Shown here: positions 1 through 9,622 of the stretch, one piece after another
How positions within the stretch are numbered: the first letter of the stretch is position 1
Layout of the letters: the number at the start of each line of letters is the position of its first letter
From: an uncultured Chthonomonadaceae bacterium
GTDB lineage: Bacteria; Armatimonadota; Chthonomonadetes; Chthonomonadales; Chthonomonadaceae
Length of the DNA: 64,000 bases
Reading direction: 5' to 3'
Assembly: GCA_963817895.1 (NCBI GenBank)
Contig: CAWFQB010000014.1
Coordinates: 224,001 to 288,000 of the forward strand
The notes under the pieces: model-generated
The model's input: only the letters and a program-made list of their open reading frames with translations
The model's database searches: none
Told to the model about the DNA's origin: nothing
Made by a program: the position numbers and the translations under genes

Positions 1-550
1 CCGGGGCATACGCTGGATGAAATGCTGACGGAAGCGGATATACAAAACCGCGTTCGTGAAATAGGGCAGGCGATTACGCGCGATTATCCCGATCCTGCCG
101 AACCCCTGCTGCTTGTCGGCGTCTTGAAAGGCGCGACGCTGTTTCTCGCCGATCTGGTACGCGCCATTGACCGCCCTGTAGAGTTTGATTTTGTCGCCGT
201 GTCCTCGTATGGAAGCGCGACAAAAACATCCGGCGAAGTGCGCGTTTTGAAAGGATTTGGATGCCGCTGTATCCGGCAAGCACGTTCTGATTGTCGAGGA
301 TATTCTGGATACCGGCCTGACGCTCCGGTTCAGCTACCTGATAGAAACCCTCCGCGCCCGCCATGCGCGCAGCGTCAAAGTGTGCGTGTTACTGGACAAG
401 CCGGCGCGGAGGCAAGTCCACATTGATGTAGACTATCGCGGTTTTGAGATCGAAGATAAGTTCGTCGTCGGTTATGGCATGGATTATGCCGAGCGGTACC
501 GAAACTTGCGCTATATTGGCGTCGTCGCGTTCGACACGCCCAATGATTAG
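1..550 (+). CDS. hpt: Hypoxanthine phosphoribosyltransferase (5' partial, one frameshift near 250-253)
   Basis: [26 protein letters not shown] (PRPP-binding) and [16 protein letters not shown] motifs split over ORFs 22-426 and 257-550; removing one base from ttgaaaggatttggat restores LKDLD. Confidence 0.93.
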
Positions 551-669
551 CCATTCCTCACAAGACACATCTCAATTTCAACTCCTTTGTTACGCAGCGC
601 TGTGCCGGAAGCGGGCTGCGGGTGACAGGCATCGCTTCCGGGCATCCTCGCGAGGTAACGAAAAACACA

Positions 670-1950
670 ATGGAAGATAACCTCAGTTTCAATCTGTCCG
701 ATCTGGAAAACAAGAGTCTTAACGATTTGCAGGAGCTTGCCAGAGATTTGGGCGTCGGGCCAGCCGCAACATCCACGCGCAAAGACGAGTTGATTGGGCG
801 CATCCTGCAAGTGCAGACCGACCGCAACGGCTATATCCACGCCAAAGGCATCCTTGAAATTTTGCCGGACGGGTGGGGGTTTTTGCGGCGCAGCAACTTC
901 TCGCCCAATGCGGAAGACATATACGTGTCGCAAACGCAGATCAAGCGTTTCGGCCTGAAAACGGGTGATGAGGTTTCGGGGCAGGTTCGCCCGCCGAAAG
1001 ACTCCGAAAAGTATTATGGCCTGTTGCGAGTCGAGGGCGTAAACGGCGTTGACCCGGAAGTGGCGCGTAACCGCGTGAACTTCGATGACCTGACGCCGAT
1101 CTATCCCAATGAGCGCCTGAATCTGGAAACCACCCGACAGGAGATGACCGGGCGTATCATGGACATTATCTGTCCCATCGGCAAGGGACAGCGCGGCATG
1201 ATCGTGGCGCAGCCCAAAGCCGGTAAAACAACCGTGCTGAAAATTATCGCCAACGCGATTACGGTCAATCATCCCGAATGTATTTTGATCGTTCTGCTGA
1301 TTGATGAGCGTCCCGAAGAGGTAACGGACATTCGCCGCTCCGTAAAGGGTGAAGTCATCAGTTCTACGTTCGATGAGACGCCGGAAAACCACATGCGGGT
1401 CGCGGATATGGTGTTGGAACAGGCCAAGCGTCTGGCGGAAAGCAAGCGCGATGTGGTTGTTCTGATGGACAGCCTGACCCGTTATACCCGCGCCTCGAAC
1501 CTGACGGTAACGCCGAGCGGACGAACGCTTGCGGGCGGTCTTGACCCCGCCGCGCTGTATCGCCCGAAACGTTTCTTTGGCGCAGCGCGTAACATAGAGG
1601 AGGGTGGGAGCCTGACGATTCTGGCAACCACGCTCGTGGAAACCGGCAGCCGCATGGATGACCTTATCTTTGAAGAGTACAAGGGTACGGGCAACATGGA
1701 GGTGGAACTGGATCGTGGACTGGCGGACAAGCGTATTTTCCCCGCCATCGCGCTCAAATCCAGCACCCGCAAAGACGAACTGCTGTACGATGAAGAGACA
1801 TTCAAGCAGATCGTAAAACTGCGCCGCCTGCTGCATGGCCTTGACCCTCTGGAAGCCACAGAACTGCTCAAGGATCGCTTGCAGCACACAAAAAGCAACA
1901 AGGAATTCCTCGCCGTCGTAGAAAGAACCATCAAAAGCGGCGATGATTAG
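670..1950 (+). CDS. rho: Transcription termination factor Rho
   Basis: GILEILPDGWGFLR, DIYVSQTQIKRFGL, PIGKGQRGMIVAQPKAGKT, LLIDERPEEVTD and IFEEYKGTGNME motifs; ATG at 670. Confidence 0.98.
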   Translation: MEDNLSFNLSDLENKSLNDLQELARDLGVGPAATSTRKDELIGRILQVQTDRNGYIHAKGILEILPDGWGFLRRSNFSPNAEDIYVSQTQIKRFGLKTGDEVSGQVRPPKDSEKYYGLLRVEGVNGVDPEVARNRVNFDDLTPIYPNERLNLETTRQEMTGRIMDIICPIGKGQRGMIVAQPKAGKTTVLKIIANAITVNHPECILIVLLIDERPEEVTDIRRSVKGEVISSTFDETPENHMRVADMVLEQAKRLAESKRDVVVLMDSLTRYTRASNLTVTPSGRTLAGGLDPAALYRPKRFFGAARNIEEGGSLTILATTLVETGSRMDDLIFEEYKGTGNMEVELDRGLADKRIFPAIALKSSTRKDELLYDEETFKQIVKLRRLLHGLDPLEATELLKDRLQHTKSNKEFLAVVERTIKSGDD

Positions 1951-2024
1951 GCAGTTTGAGAGTTGTTTGCGCAAAGTTTTCTGTACTGAGATTTCACTTT
2001 GCCAGTTGAAAGTGGAGGAAAGCG

Positions 2025-2543
2025 GTGGGCAACGATTTCAAGGATCTGTTTGGGGATTGGCGACCCGACGACGAGGGTTTGCGCGCGTCCGAAGGCTCAA
2101 GCGGGCCTCCTGAGACGCGGCCCTCGCCGGCATTGAATGAGAAAGAAGTGAAAGTCGTCAATGTGTATGAGGTGGATACGGGAAATCCGCTTCATAACAC
2201 CACCTTTGTTCTGATGCGCGATAATCATGGCCGAGAGTTCAAAATCTTCGTGATGCGGGATGTAGCGGTCGCGATTTCTATGGCTATCGAGGGTGATCGC
2301 CCGGACAGGCCCTTTACGCACGATCTGATGCGCGTTATCTTAGATAGGCTTGGAGCCAAAGTCGAACGCGTTACTATAGATGACCTGTTGCAGGAAACCT
2401 TTTACGCGAAGATCACTCTGGCTCGGGGCGAAGAGTTGATTGATATAGATGCGCGTCCCAGTGATGCGATTGCGATGGCGTTGCGGTATCGCGCGCCCAT
2501 CTATGTGGCGGAGTCGGTTCTGGAATCTACGCAGAGCGAATAA
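2025..2543 (+). CDS. Bifunctional nuclease family protein (DUF151)
   Basis: RPFTHDL, TFYAKI and IDARPSDAIAMALR motifs; GGAGG SD before the GTG. Confidence 0.9.
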   Translation: MGNDFKDLFGDWRPDDEGLRASEGSSGPPETRPSPALNEKEVKVVNVYEVDTGNPLHNTTFVLMRDNHGREFKIFVMRDVAVAISMAIEGDRPDRPFTHDLMRVILDRLGAKVERVTIDDLLQETFYAKITLARGEELIDIDARPSDAIAMALRYRAPIYVAESVLESTQSE

Positions 2544-2572
2544 CCCCATTGCGTATAATTGATGTACAAGTT

Positions 2573-2615
2573 TTAGAACCCCGGCGCAGTTGATAAAACT
2601 GCGCCGGGGTTCTAA
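2573..2615. repeat. Perfect 19-bp inverted repeat (terminator-like or MITE-like) between convergent genes
   Basis: TTAGAACCCCGGCGCAGTT-gataa-AACTGCGCCGGGGTTCTAA. Confidence 0.75.
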
Positions 2616-2708
2616 TGATTCTGAGACGGGGTTCTGAGAAAATAAACTGAGTGAAATAACCCATTGCTTCCAACGGGTTATAGCTGTAGTGTGGTATGGA
2701 GTGTATAC

Positions 2709-2736
2709 GTTTACCATACCTTGTATTATCGGACGT
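2709..2736 (-). other. dif-like XerC/XerD recombination site
   Basis: Minus strand reads ACGTCCGATAA-TACAAG-GTATGGTAAAC, an 11-6-11 layout resembling the bacterial dif consensus (XerD arm TTATGTTAAAT); AT-rich intergenic context. Confidence 0.55.
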
Positions 2737-2873
2737 TTTAAGAAATAAAGATTTATTAGAAATTAGTGAATATCCATTGGAACCAACGCCCTGTTTATCT
2801 TTACCAATCCATTCGCAAACAAACGCAAGCTATCACAAGAGATTTCCCCACGCTATCTTACGAAATTCAAACG

Positions 2874-2940
2874 AAAATGAAGAGGAACAGAATGGAAGAG
2901 GAACAGAATGGAAGAAATCCATTCTGTTCCTCTTCATTTT
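2874..2940. repeat. Tandem 16-mer with inverted copy (palindromic short repeat)
   Basis: (GAAGAGGAACAGAATG)x2 followed by CATTCTGTTCCTCTTC. Confidence 0.8.
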
Positions 2941-2960
2941 TATAACTACAACCGTGCCAG

Positions 2961-3221
2961 TTAGTTGCGTGATCTGTCCATTGACTGAACTCTACTCAAT
3001 GGCTCGGTTTGCGCTAATTCCGGAAGATGTTGTTCGATCTCCGTGATCTTCTTGTAGCAATCGGTGAGAACGTCCTGAACATCTCGTAAACGGTTAGAAA
3101 CGTTGCCTTCCGTTATGGAACGATCCCGTAAGTTGATGAACACGGCTATGGCTACGACGCCTGCCGCCGCTGCCGCCAGTCCTGTCCACAAAATCACACT
3201 GGATTTCTTGCCTGCTGCCAC
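2961..3221 (-). CDS. Small hypothetical protein with N-terminal TM helix and coiled coil
   Basis: 86-aa ORF; hydrophobic VILWTGLAAAAAGVVAIAVFI; co-oriented downstream of the response regulator. Confidence 0.65.
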   Translation of the reverse strand: MAAGKKSSVILWTGLAAAAAGVVAIAVFINLRDRSITEGNVSNRLRDVQDVLTDCYKKITEIEQHLPELAQTEPLSRVQSMDRSRN

Positions 3222-3242
3222 GTCGCAACCCTTTCGAGGTCA

Positions 3243-3316
3243 AGTGAGAGTGAAGAGTGAGAGTGAGAGACAAAAAACAAGCATTTACTCTCACTCTTCA
3301 CTCTTCACTCTCACTA
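3243..3316. repeat. Heptamer-unit palindromic repeat (GAGAGTG/CACTCTC family)
   Basis: AGTGAGAGTGAAGAGTGAGAGTGAGAG...CTCTCACTCTTCACTCTTCACTCTCACT; same family at 6356 and 10763. Confidence 0.85.
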
Positions 3317-3322
3317 TGTATG

Positions 3323-3751
3323 TTAGAAACCGGAATTTTTGGAACTGCCCAGATCAATGTAATTGCCGCCCTCGCTCTCCTGCATGGAGGTGAAAATGCG
3401 CTTTACAAAGGAGATCAGTTCCATCGGATTGAACGGTTTGGTCAGGTAACAGTCAACGCCGGACTGCCAGCCGCGAAATACGTCTGCATCCTGCGCTTTG
3501 GCGGTCAGCATGATGACGGGCAGATCGCGGGTACTCTGGTTCTTGCGCAGGGTTTGCAGCACTTCAAAGCCGTCCATGTACGGCATCATCACGTCCAAAA
3601 CTACCAGGTCAGGGTTTTCGGACTCGACTTTTTCCAGCGCTTCCCGACCATCGAATGCCGTCACGACCTGATAGCCCGCGCGCTCAAGGTTGACTTGAAC
3701 CAGACGCACGATATGCCGCTCATCATCCACTGCTAAAATCTTTTTAGGCAT
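3323..3751 (-). CDS. Single-domain response regulator (receiver)
   Basis: ILAVDDE, DLVVLDVMMP (phospho-Asp), MLTAK and YLTKPF; no output domain. Confidence 0.93.
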   Translation of the reverse strand: MPKKILAVDDERHIVRLVQVNLERAGYQVVTAFDGREALEKVESENPDLVVLDVMMPYMDGFEVLQTLRKNQSTRDLPVIMLTAKAQDADVFRGWQSGVDCYLTKPFNPMELISFVKRIFTSMQESEGGNYIDLGSSKNSGF

Positions 3752-3831
3752 CGGTATTGTTCCTTTTGGAAGGGCTGGTTTACATAAGTAGAAACCAACC
3801 GCAGGGATTATTTCAGAAGTATACTGGACGC

Positions 3832-3860
3832 AGTATATCACAAGCATCGCAGAGTGTCAA
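3832..3860 (-). promoter_or_regulatory. sigma70-type promoter for the response regulator
   Basis: TTGACA-17 bp-TATACT with extended -10 TG on the minus strand. Confidence 0.75.
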
Positions 3861-3904
3861 TGCCGTTATATCAGGCAGCCTGTAAGAAAGGCAAGAGAAG
3901 TCGC

Positions 3905-4297
3905 TCAGTGTCCGCCCGCATCGGCAAACCGCTCGTAGTCCGCGGCGTCCATCAGTTGTTCCAGTTCTGAGGGGACGCTGAAACGCACTTTCATGAGCCA
4001 GCCCTGACCGAACGGGTCGGTGTTGATCACGTCGGTTTTGGCGGTTATTTCGAGATGCGTTTCCACGACTTCACCGGAAATGGGCGAAAACAGTTCTGAT
4101 ACGGCCTTAACCAATTCCACTTCGCCGAACTGCTCCTCCGGTTTGAGGATGCGCCCCACTTCCGTAAGGTCCAGATAAACGATGTCGCCAAGTTCCGCCT
4201 GCGCGTGATCCGTGATGCCGACTGTAGCAACATCACCCTCTATCTTCACCCACTCATGGGTGCTGCTGTATTTCAAATCTGCGGGTACGTTAGCCAT
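3905..4297 (-). CDS. gcvH: Glycine cleavage system H protein
   Basis: LKYSSTHEWV, GITDHAQAELGDIVY, lipoyl-Lys in VKAVSE, INTDPFGQGW. Confidence 0.95.
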   Translation of the reverse strand: MANVPADLKYSSTHEWVKIEGDVATVGITDHAQAELGDIVYLDLTEVGRILKPEEQFGEVELVKAVSELFSPISGEVVETHLEITAKTDVINTDPFGQGWLMKVRFSVPSELEQLMDAADYERFADAGGH

Positions 4298-4321
4298 GTT
4301 TCACCCCCACTCTAAACTATG

Positions 4322-5482
4322 TTACAAACTATGTTCTTCCGGCGCAGCTTTTGGTTCCAGCAGAGACTTCTTCTGCACGACCGTCATACCGGCGAATTTA
4401 TCGCGAACCGCCACACTGACGCTCAATCCCGGTTTGGCATACGCTACATTCATATACGCCATTGCCACGCTGTGGTTGCGGGTGGGAGAAAAAACGCCGC
4501 TCGTAATCACGCCAATGGCGGATGCGGCCTCCGCGCTAGAACTCTCCCCTGCCCCACTGCCATCAGAAGGCGCATAGATAGTATACCCTTGACGCGGGAT
4601 TATCCGTTCGCTGGAAGTCAAACCCATCAGCCGTCTTTGCGGGCCGGCCTGCTTAATTTTTTCTATGGGAGACTTTCCGAAAAAGTCGCCCTTATCCAGT
4701 TTAACGACCCACATCAATCCCGCTTCAACCGGCGACGTGGTTTCATCTATTTCGTGTCCATAAAGAGGGTAGCCCGCTTCGATGCGCAGGGCGTCACGCG
4801 CTCCCAGCCCGCAGGGAACCGCCCCGGCCTCTACAAGCGCGTCCCACGCTGCCTGCCCCTGTTTAGCGGGAACAATCAGTTCGAAGCCATCTTCACCCGT
4901 ATATCCCGTGCGGCAGAAGGTGGCCGGCACACCCGCCAACATTCCCGTCGCGTACTGAAAGCGTTTGCGTTCCAGAAGCAGGGGATTGCCGGCCAGCCGC
5001 GCTACCATTTCGGGCGCTTGGGGCCCCTGTACCGCGATCATCGCCGTCGCCTCGCTCTGATCCTGAATAGTCACATTTTCGGGAACATGATGCCGCATCC
5101 ACGCCAAATCTTTTTCGGCATTGCCCGCGTTGATGACAACCAGATAGCTGTCTCTATCCTCGCGATACACGATTATGTCGTCAATGATGCCCCCCTCCGG
5201 GTTCATCAGTAGCGAATAGTGGGCGGAAGAGGGTTTGAGGGCGGCTACATCGTTGCTGGTTAGCTGTTGCAGGAAAGCGGTTGCCTTGTCGCCAAACACC
5301 CGGACGCGCCCCATGTGGCTGATGTCGAAGATGCCAACGTTACTGCGCACAGCCCGCGATTCCTCTAAAATGCCGGAATATAAGACGGGCATAGCCCATC
5401 CCGCATACTCCACCATCCGGCCTTTCAGCACAAGATGCGCCTCATACAACGGCGTTTGCTTCAAAGTGTTTTCAGTGTTCAT
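4322..5482 (-). CDS. gcvT: Glycine cleavage system T protein (aminomethyltransferase)
   Basis: TPLYEAH, FDISHMG, RTGYTGEDGFE and GLGARDALRIEAGYPLYGHE. Confidence 0.96.
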   Translation of the reverse strand: MNTENTLKQTPLYEAHLVLKGRMVEYAGWAMPVLYSGILEESRAVRSNVGIFDISHMGRVRVFGDKATAFLQQLTSNDVAALKPSSAHYSLLMNPEGGIIDDIIVYREDRDSYLVVINAGNAEKDLAWMRHHVPENVTIQDQSEATAMIAVQGPQAPEMVARLAGNPLLLERKRFQYATGMLAGVPATFCRTGYTGEDGFELIVPAKQGQAAWDALVEAGAVPCGLGARDALRIEAGYPLYGHEIDETTSPVEAGLMWVVKLDKGDFFGKSPIEKIKQAGPQRRLMGLTSSERIIPRQGYTIYAPSDGSGAGESSSAEAASAIGVITSGVFSPTRNHSVAMAYMNVAYAKPGLSVSVAVRDKFAGMTVVQKKSLLEPKAAPEEHSL

Positions 5483-5488
5483 AAGGAT

Positions 5489-5537
5489 TAGGTGTCAGGT
5501 GTCGGGTGTCAGGGGGCGAGTATCCAGCCGCACCTGT
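5489..5537. repeat. Heptamer-unit repeat (AGGTGTC family)
   Basis: AGGTGTCAGGTGTCGGGTGTCAGG with a partial inverted copy CACCTG. Confidence 0.6.
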
Positions 5538-6352
5538 TATTTAATATCTTTCGCTACGGGTATGGAGGCGCGGCCCGTGATGATGATCTCATCGTCCCCT
5601 ATCTCAACTTTTTCCATCACAAAGTAGCCGCCAAGTCCTAAATCCGCATCCGTATCCAGTACGGGATTGATCTGCTTCAACAAATTCTGTACGCCTGATG
5701 GCGTCATAGGGATGCCGTTCAGAAACATTTCCGGGTTTGCCATATCCAGAAAGCGTCCGGCGCGGGGTACGAGGGTTCCCGTCGCCGAAAAGGGCGTCGC
5801 GCCGGAAAAAATGGTGATTTTGCCCTCAATGCGAACGCGGTGATTGGGAAATTCTACGTTTACGTCCAGCAACTTGTCGGCGAACTTTTTGCGTATGAAG
5901 GCTTTCAGGCCGTCCCCATCCACTTTGACCGTAGAAGTCCCCTCCCCCGTCCCTCGCAGCACGAGTTGGCTTTTACTCAGCGCGTAGCTGATGTCAAAGG
6001 TGGCCGAGGGTATATCCGCTTCAAAAGAGCGTATCGGCAGGCCCTTTAAGGTAAAGCGTTTCAGATGCAGCCGCAGATGCCGTATACTCCCCTTCCAACC
6101 CGAACGCGGATAAACGTAGAACGGCAACTGATCCGACTTCAAATCCACGCCGTACACATCTACCGACCAGAAACGACTCGCTTCCAGACCGAACAGGCCA
6201 CGCGGCTGAAGGACGGCGCGTACCGTTCCCGTATGCTGAAAACTCTCGCTGATCTGCCGTTCCGCGCCGTGTTTGGCGCGCTGCTCCAAACTGCCATGTA
6301 TCGTCAGAAACGCCAGCAATCCATACGTCAGCGCGCGGGTAATGTCATCCAT
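5537..6352 (-). CDS. LmeA/DUF2993-like lipid-binding domain protein
   Basis: 271 aa with N-terminal hydrophobic segment and C-terminal LLKQINPVLD...VEIGDDEIIITGRA pattern typical of DUF2993; family call is by resemblance only. Confidence 0.55.
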   Translation of the reverse strand: MDDITRALTYGLLAFLTIHGSLEQRAKHGAERQISESFQHTGTVRAVLQPRGLFGLEASRFWSVDVYGVDLKSDQLPFYVYPRSGWKGSIRHLRLHLKRFTLKGLPIRSFEADIPSATFDISYALSKSQLVLRGTGEGTSTVKVDGDGLKAFIRKKFADKLLDVNVEFPNHRVRIEGKITIFSGATPFSATGTLVPRAGRFLDMANPEMFLNGIPMTPSGVQNLLKQINPVLDTDADLGLGGYFVMEKVEIGDDEIIITGRASIPVAKDIK

Positions 6353-6355
6353 AAT

Positions 6356-6443
6356 AGTGAGAGTGGAGAGTGAGAGTGCTAAGTGAGAGTGGAGAGTGGG
6401 AGTAGATAATTATTTTCTCTCACTCTCACTCTCCACTCTCACT
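6356..6443. repeat. Heptamer-unit palindromic repeat (GAGAGTG family)
   Basis: Multiple GAGAGTG(G) units followed by inverted CTCTCACTCTCACTCTCCACTCTCAC. Confidence 0.85.
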
Positions 6444-7182
6444 ATTCTCCTAAATACGCTTTGCGAACGCTGTCGTTTTGCAGCAGGGCTGCTGCGGTAT
6501 CGGCAAGAACTACGCGGCCTGTTTCCAGCACGTAACCCCGGTGGGCGATGCGAAGGGCTTGATTGGCGTTTTGTTCCACAAGCAGAATGGTCATGCCCTG
6601 CGCGTTGATGTCCTGAATGATCTGAAAAATGTTTTTGACAAGAAAGGGCGCAAGGCCGAGCGACGGTTCATCGAGCAGCAGCAGGCGCGGGCGGGCCATC
6701 AGCGCGCGTCCAATCGCAAGCATCTGCTGTTCGCCCCCCGACAGCGTACCCGCAAGCTGCGTTTCCCGCTCCTTCAAGCGGGGAAACAGCGCGAAAGCCT
6801 TGTCCATATCTTCGCGTTTCTCCGCTTTGTGCCTGTCCCGCGTAAACGCGCCCAATTCAAGATTTTCACGCACAGTCATGTTGGCGAAGACCCGCCTGCC
6901 CTCCGGCGACTGCCCTACCCCAAGCATGACAATCTCATGGGGCGGCAGGCGGTGCAGGGGCTTGCCTTCAAACGTCACTTCACCCAGGCGTGGCCGCACA
7001 AGCCCCGAAACAGTGCGTATCGTAGTGCTTTTCCCGGCCCCGTTCGCGCCGATCATACAGACGATTTCGCCCTGATTCACTGTCAGGGACACGTCGTTGA
7101 GCGCCTGTATCGCACCATAATACACGTTCAAATTAGAAATCGTCAGCACGACGCCACTCCCTACAATTTCCTGCCCAAACAC
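6442..7182 (-). CDS. livF: Branched-chain amino acid ABC transporter ATPase LivF
   Basis: GANGAGKST, PEGRRVF, LSGGEQQMLAIGRALM, LLDEPSLGLAP, LVEQNA. Confidence 0.96.
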   Translation of the reverse strand: MFGQEIVGSGVVLTISNLNVYYGAIQALNDVSLTVNQGEIVCMIGANGAGKSTTIRTVSGLVRPRLGEVTFEGKPLHRLPPHEIVMLGVGQSPEGRRVFANMTVRENLELGAFTRDRHKAEKREDMDKAFALFPRLKERETQLAGTLSGGEQQMLAIGRALMARPRLLLLDEPSLGLAPFLVKNIFQIIQDINAQGMTILLVEQNANQALRIAHRGYVLETGRVVLADTAAALLQNDSVRKAYLGE

Positions 7183-7195
7183 GCCTCTTCAATTG

Positions 7196-7246
7196 GGCAG
7201 ACACAGGGGTTTGCCCTTACACCTGACACCTGCGTTTGCCCTTACG
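7196..7246 (-). repeat. REP-like element (GTAAGGGC...GCCC)
   Basis: Minus strand GTAAGGGCAAACCCCTGTGTCTGCCC preceded by a second GTAAGGGCAAAC. Confidence 0.55.
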
Positions 7247-7253
7247 CCTGCAT

Positions 7254-9486
7254 CTACTTTACGCCGTCCGGCTGCCCGTCGCCATCTGCATCGCCCAATT
7301 CTTCGCCAAGATACGCCGCGATCACTTTAGGGTTGCTGCGTATCTCCTGCGGCGATCCCTCAGCAATGATACGCCCGTAATCCAGCACATAAATGCGCTC
7401 ACAAATGCCCATAACCAATTTCATATCATGCTCGATGAGGAGAATTGTCAGGCCGTACTCATCGCGGACGCGGCGAATCAGGCGCATCAAGCTGCGTCTT
7501 TTCCTGCGGGTTCATGCCCGCCGCCGGTTCATCCAGAAGGAGCAATTTGGGGTCGGTCGCCAGCGCGCGCACGATTTCAAGGCGGCGCTGATCGCCGTAT
7601 GGCAGGTTCTTCGCCTGCTCGTCCTGAACGCGCAACAGATTGAATTCCGCAAGCAATTTCCGCGCCTTCTGGATGGTTGCCGCCTCCTCCTGTTCAAGAC
7701 GGGCTGTGCGGAACAGAGCATCGAAAACATTGGTACGGCGGCGCAGGTAGGTTCCGATGCGGACATTTTCCAGAACGGTCAGATCGGAAAACAGGCGGAT
7801 GTTCTGGAACGTGCGCGAAATGCCGCGCTGCGCGAAGCGATACGGTTTAAGGCCGGATACAAAGCGGCGTCGCTTCCCGATTGTGGCAAGCGACAACGCA
7901 ATGCCGATAAGAGGACCGAGCCAGCGTATGACGGTTTGAATCTGAACCATTTGCGGGTTGATGGCGGCGGGTACGACAGCGGTTGCCAGAATGGTGCTGA
8001 TGATCCAACCACCCAACCCGGCAATCAGGGTATCCAGCGCAAGACCGGCAAACCGCGTATTCTGCGGCATGGGACGTTGTCCCGCAAGCGGAGTGCCATC
8101 GAAGTCCAGCTTGCCTTCACTCGGCTCGTACACGCCCGTCAGCAGGTTGAAAACCGTAGTTTTGCCCGCGCCGTTCGGCCCGATCAAGCCAACGAGTTCT
8201 CCGGCGCAAAGCTGAATATTGACATTGCCAACAGCGGTCAGCCCACCGAACCGCCGCGTTAAATCCGCCACATCTAAAAGGACGCTTCCAGTCTCCGCGC
8301 CGGTTCGCATCGTCACAGAAGAGGCGGTTGTAGAGGATGCGGATGCGGACACGTTGCCAGTATCCGCAAGGGCATCTTCGCCCTCTTTCTCAAGTCCTTC
8401 GGCAAAAGTGGTGACGGGAGATTTGCCCCGACTCAGCCAGCGCTTCAATCCCGCAAAACTGAGTTCGCCCGTGCCGAATACGCCGGTTGGACGCAAAATC
8501 ATCATCAGAACCAGCAGCAGCGCGTAAATCACCTGCCGGTACTCGTCCGTAAAAAACGGCACTTTGTCTTTCACGGGTTTGAGCAGTTCCGGCAGGATGG
8601 TCAGGCCAATCGCCGCCATTGTCGCGCCCGTGATGCTGCCCGTACCCCCAAGAACGATCATCACAACGTAGTTCATGGAGAGGATGAAGCCAAACGTATC
8701 CGGTTTAAACGCTTTGTAATGGGCGAACAGTACGCCCCCCACCCCGGCAAAGAACGCGCTGAGAACAAATGCCGTTACCTTGATACGTGTTGTATTTACG
8801 CCCATCGCGTCGGCGGCAATCTCATCCTCTCTTATGGACATAAAAGCCAGTCCATGCGAAGAGAATTTAAGATTGCGGGTCAGAACGATAATCAGCGCCA
8901 ATGTGCCAAAGACGATACCAAAATTTGTCAGCCCGCTTGGAATGTTCTGAAAGCCGGACGCGCCGCCCGTAAATGCGAGATTGGAATTGATGTCGGAGAT
9001 GTTTTCCAGCAGGACACGGATGATTTCGCCAAATCCAAGCGTGACAATCGCCAGATAATCCCCGCGCAGTCGCAGGCTGGGAACGCCTACCACATACCCG
9101 GCAAGCGCGGCGCACAATCCCCCCGCCGCCATTGCCAGCAACATCCATTGCAAACCGGGCTGCTTGACATGTTGATTCTGCGCGACCTGATAGGTGATGC
9201 TCGCGCCCGTGTACGCGCCCGCCGCCATAAACCCGGCGTGGCCGATGGAGAATTGCCCCGTAAGGCCATTGACGATATTGAGGCTGACCGCCAGTATGAT
9301 GGCAAAGCCGCACTGCAAAATAATGTCCTGATAATAGTCTTTGAGGTTGTTGCTGATCGCGTTCCCGATAGCGAGAAAGGCGACGGCGACCATCAGCCAG
9401 CCGACGCGCTTGAACCAGCGCAGGAACGGGGAGGAGGCGACAGCAGGTTTGGATGTATCGGTTTGAAGCTTGCCGGTTTAAATCAT
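7254..9486 (-). CDS. livM: Fused LivM permease-LivG ATPase (frameshift near 7491; in-frame TAA at 9478-9480 near the probable start)
   Basis: LivM motifs [10 protein letters not shown] and [18 protein letters not shown] in frame with LivG motifs [40 protein letters not shown]-terminus LIEHDM in ORF 7254-7490. Confidence 0.9.
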
Positions 9487-9541
9487 AGATGTCGAGGCGA
9501 ACGGGAATATTTCAACGCTGAAACGAAGTGGAATCATAAAG

Positions 9542-9614
9542 CAGGTTACAGGTAGATTATCAGAAGATTGCTCCTCTACTTATCTACCCATCAACCCATT
9601 TAGCTATCTACCTG
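9542..9614. repeat. Short-unit imperfect palindromic repeat
   Basis: CAGGTTACAGGTAGAT...TATCTACCCATCAACCC...TATCTACCTG. Confidence 0.5.
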
Positions 9615-9622
9615 AAAGACAA

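Noticed and set aside
547..1974. Long antisense ORFs opposite rho (also opposite livK, metH, ftsY and rpn)
   Set aside because: Shadow ORFs expected from GC-rich codon usage; the sense genes are unambiguous.
4100..4125. GcvH lipoylation motif reads VELVKA instead of VESVKA
   Set aside because: A single-base difference (TTG vs TCG) in an error-prone assembly; the lysine is intact.
3905..5482. gcvT-gcvH without gcvP as a novel pathway
   Set aside because: gcvP is often encoded elsewhere, and its absence cannot be judged from one window.
9478..9480. In-frame TAA near the start of livM as possible readthrough
   Set aside because: More likely a base-call error, or the gene starts at ATG 9393; nothing indicates recoding.
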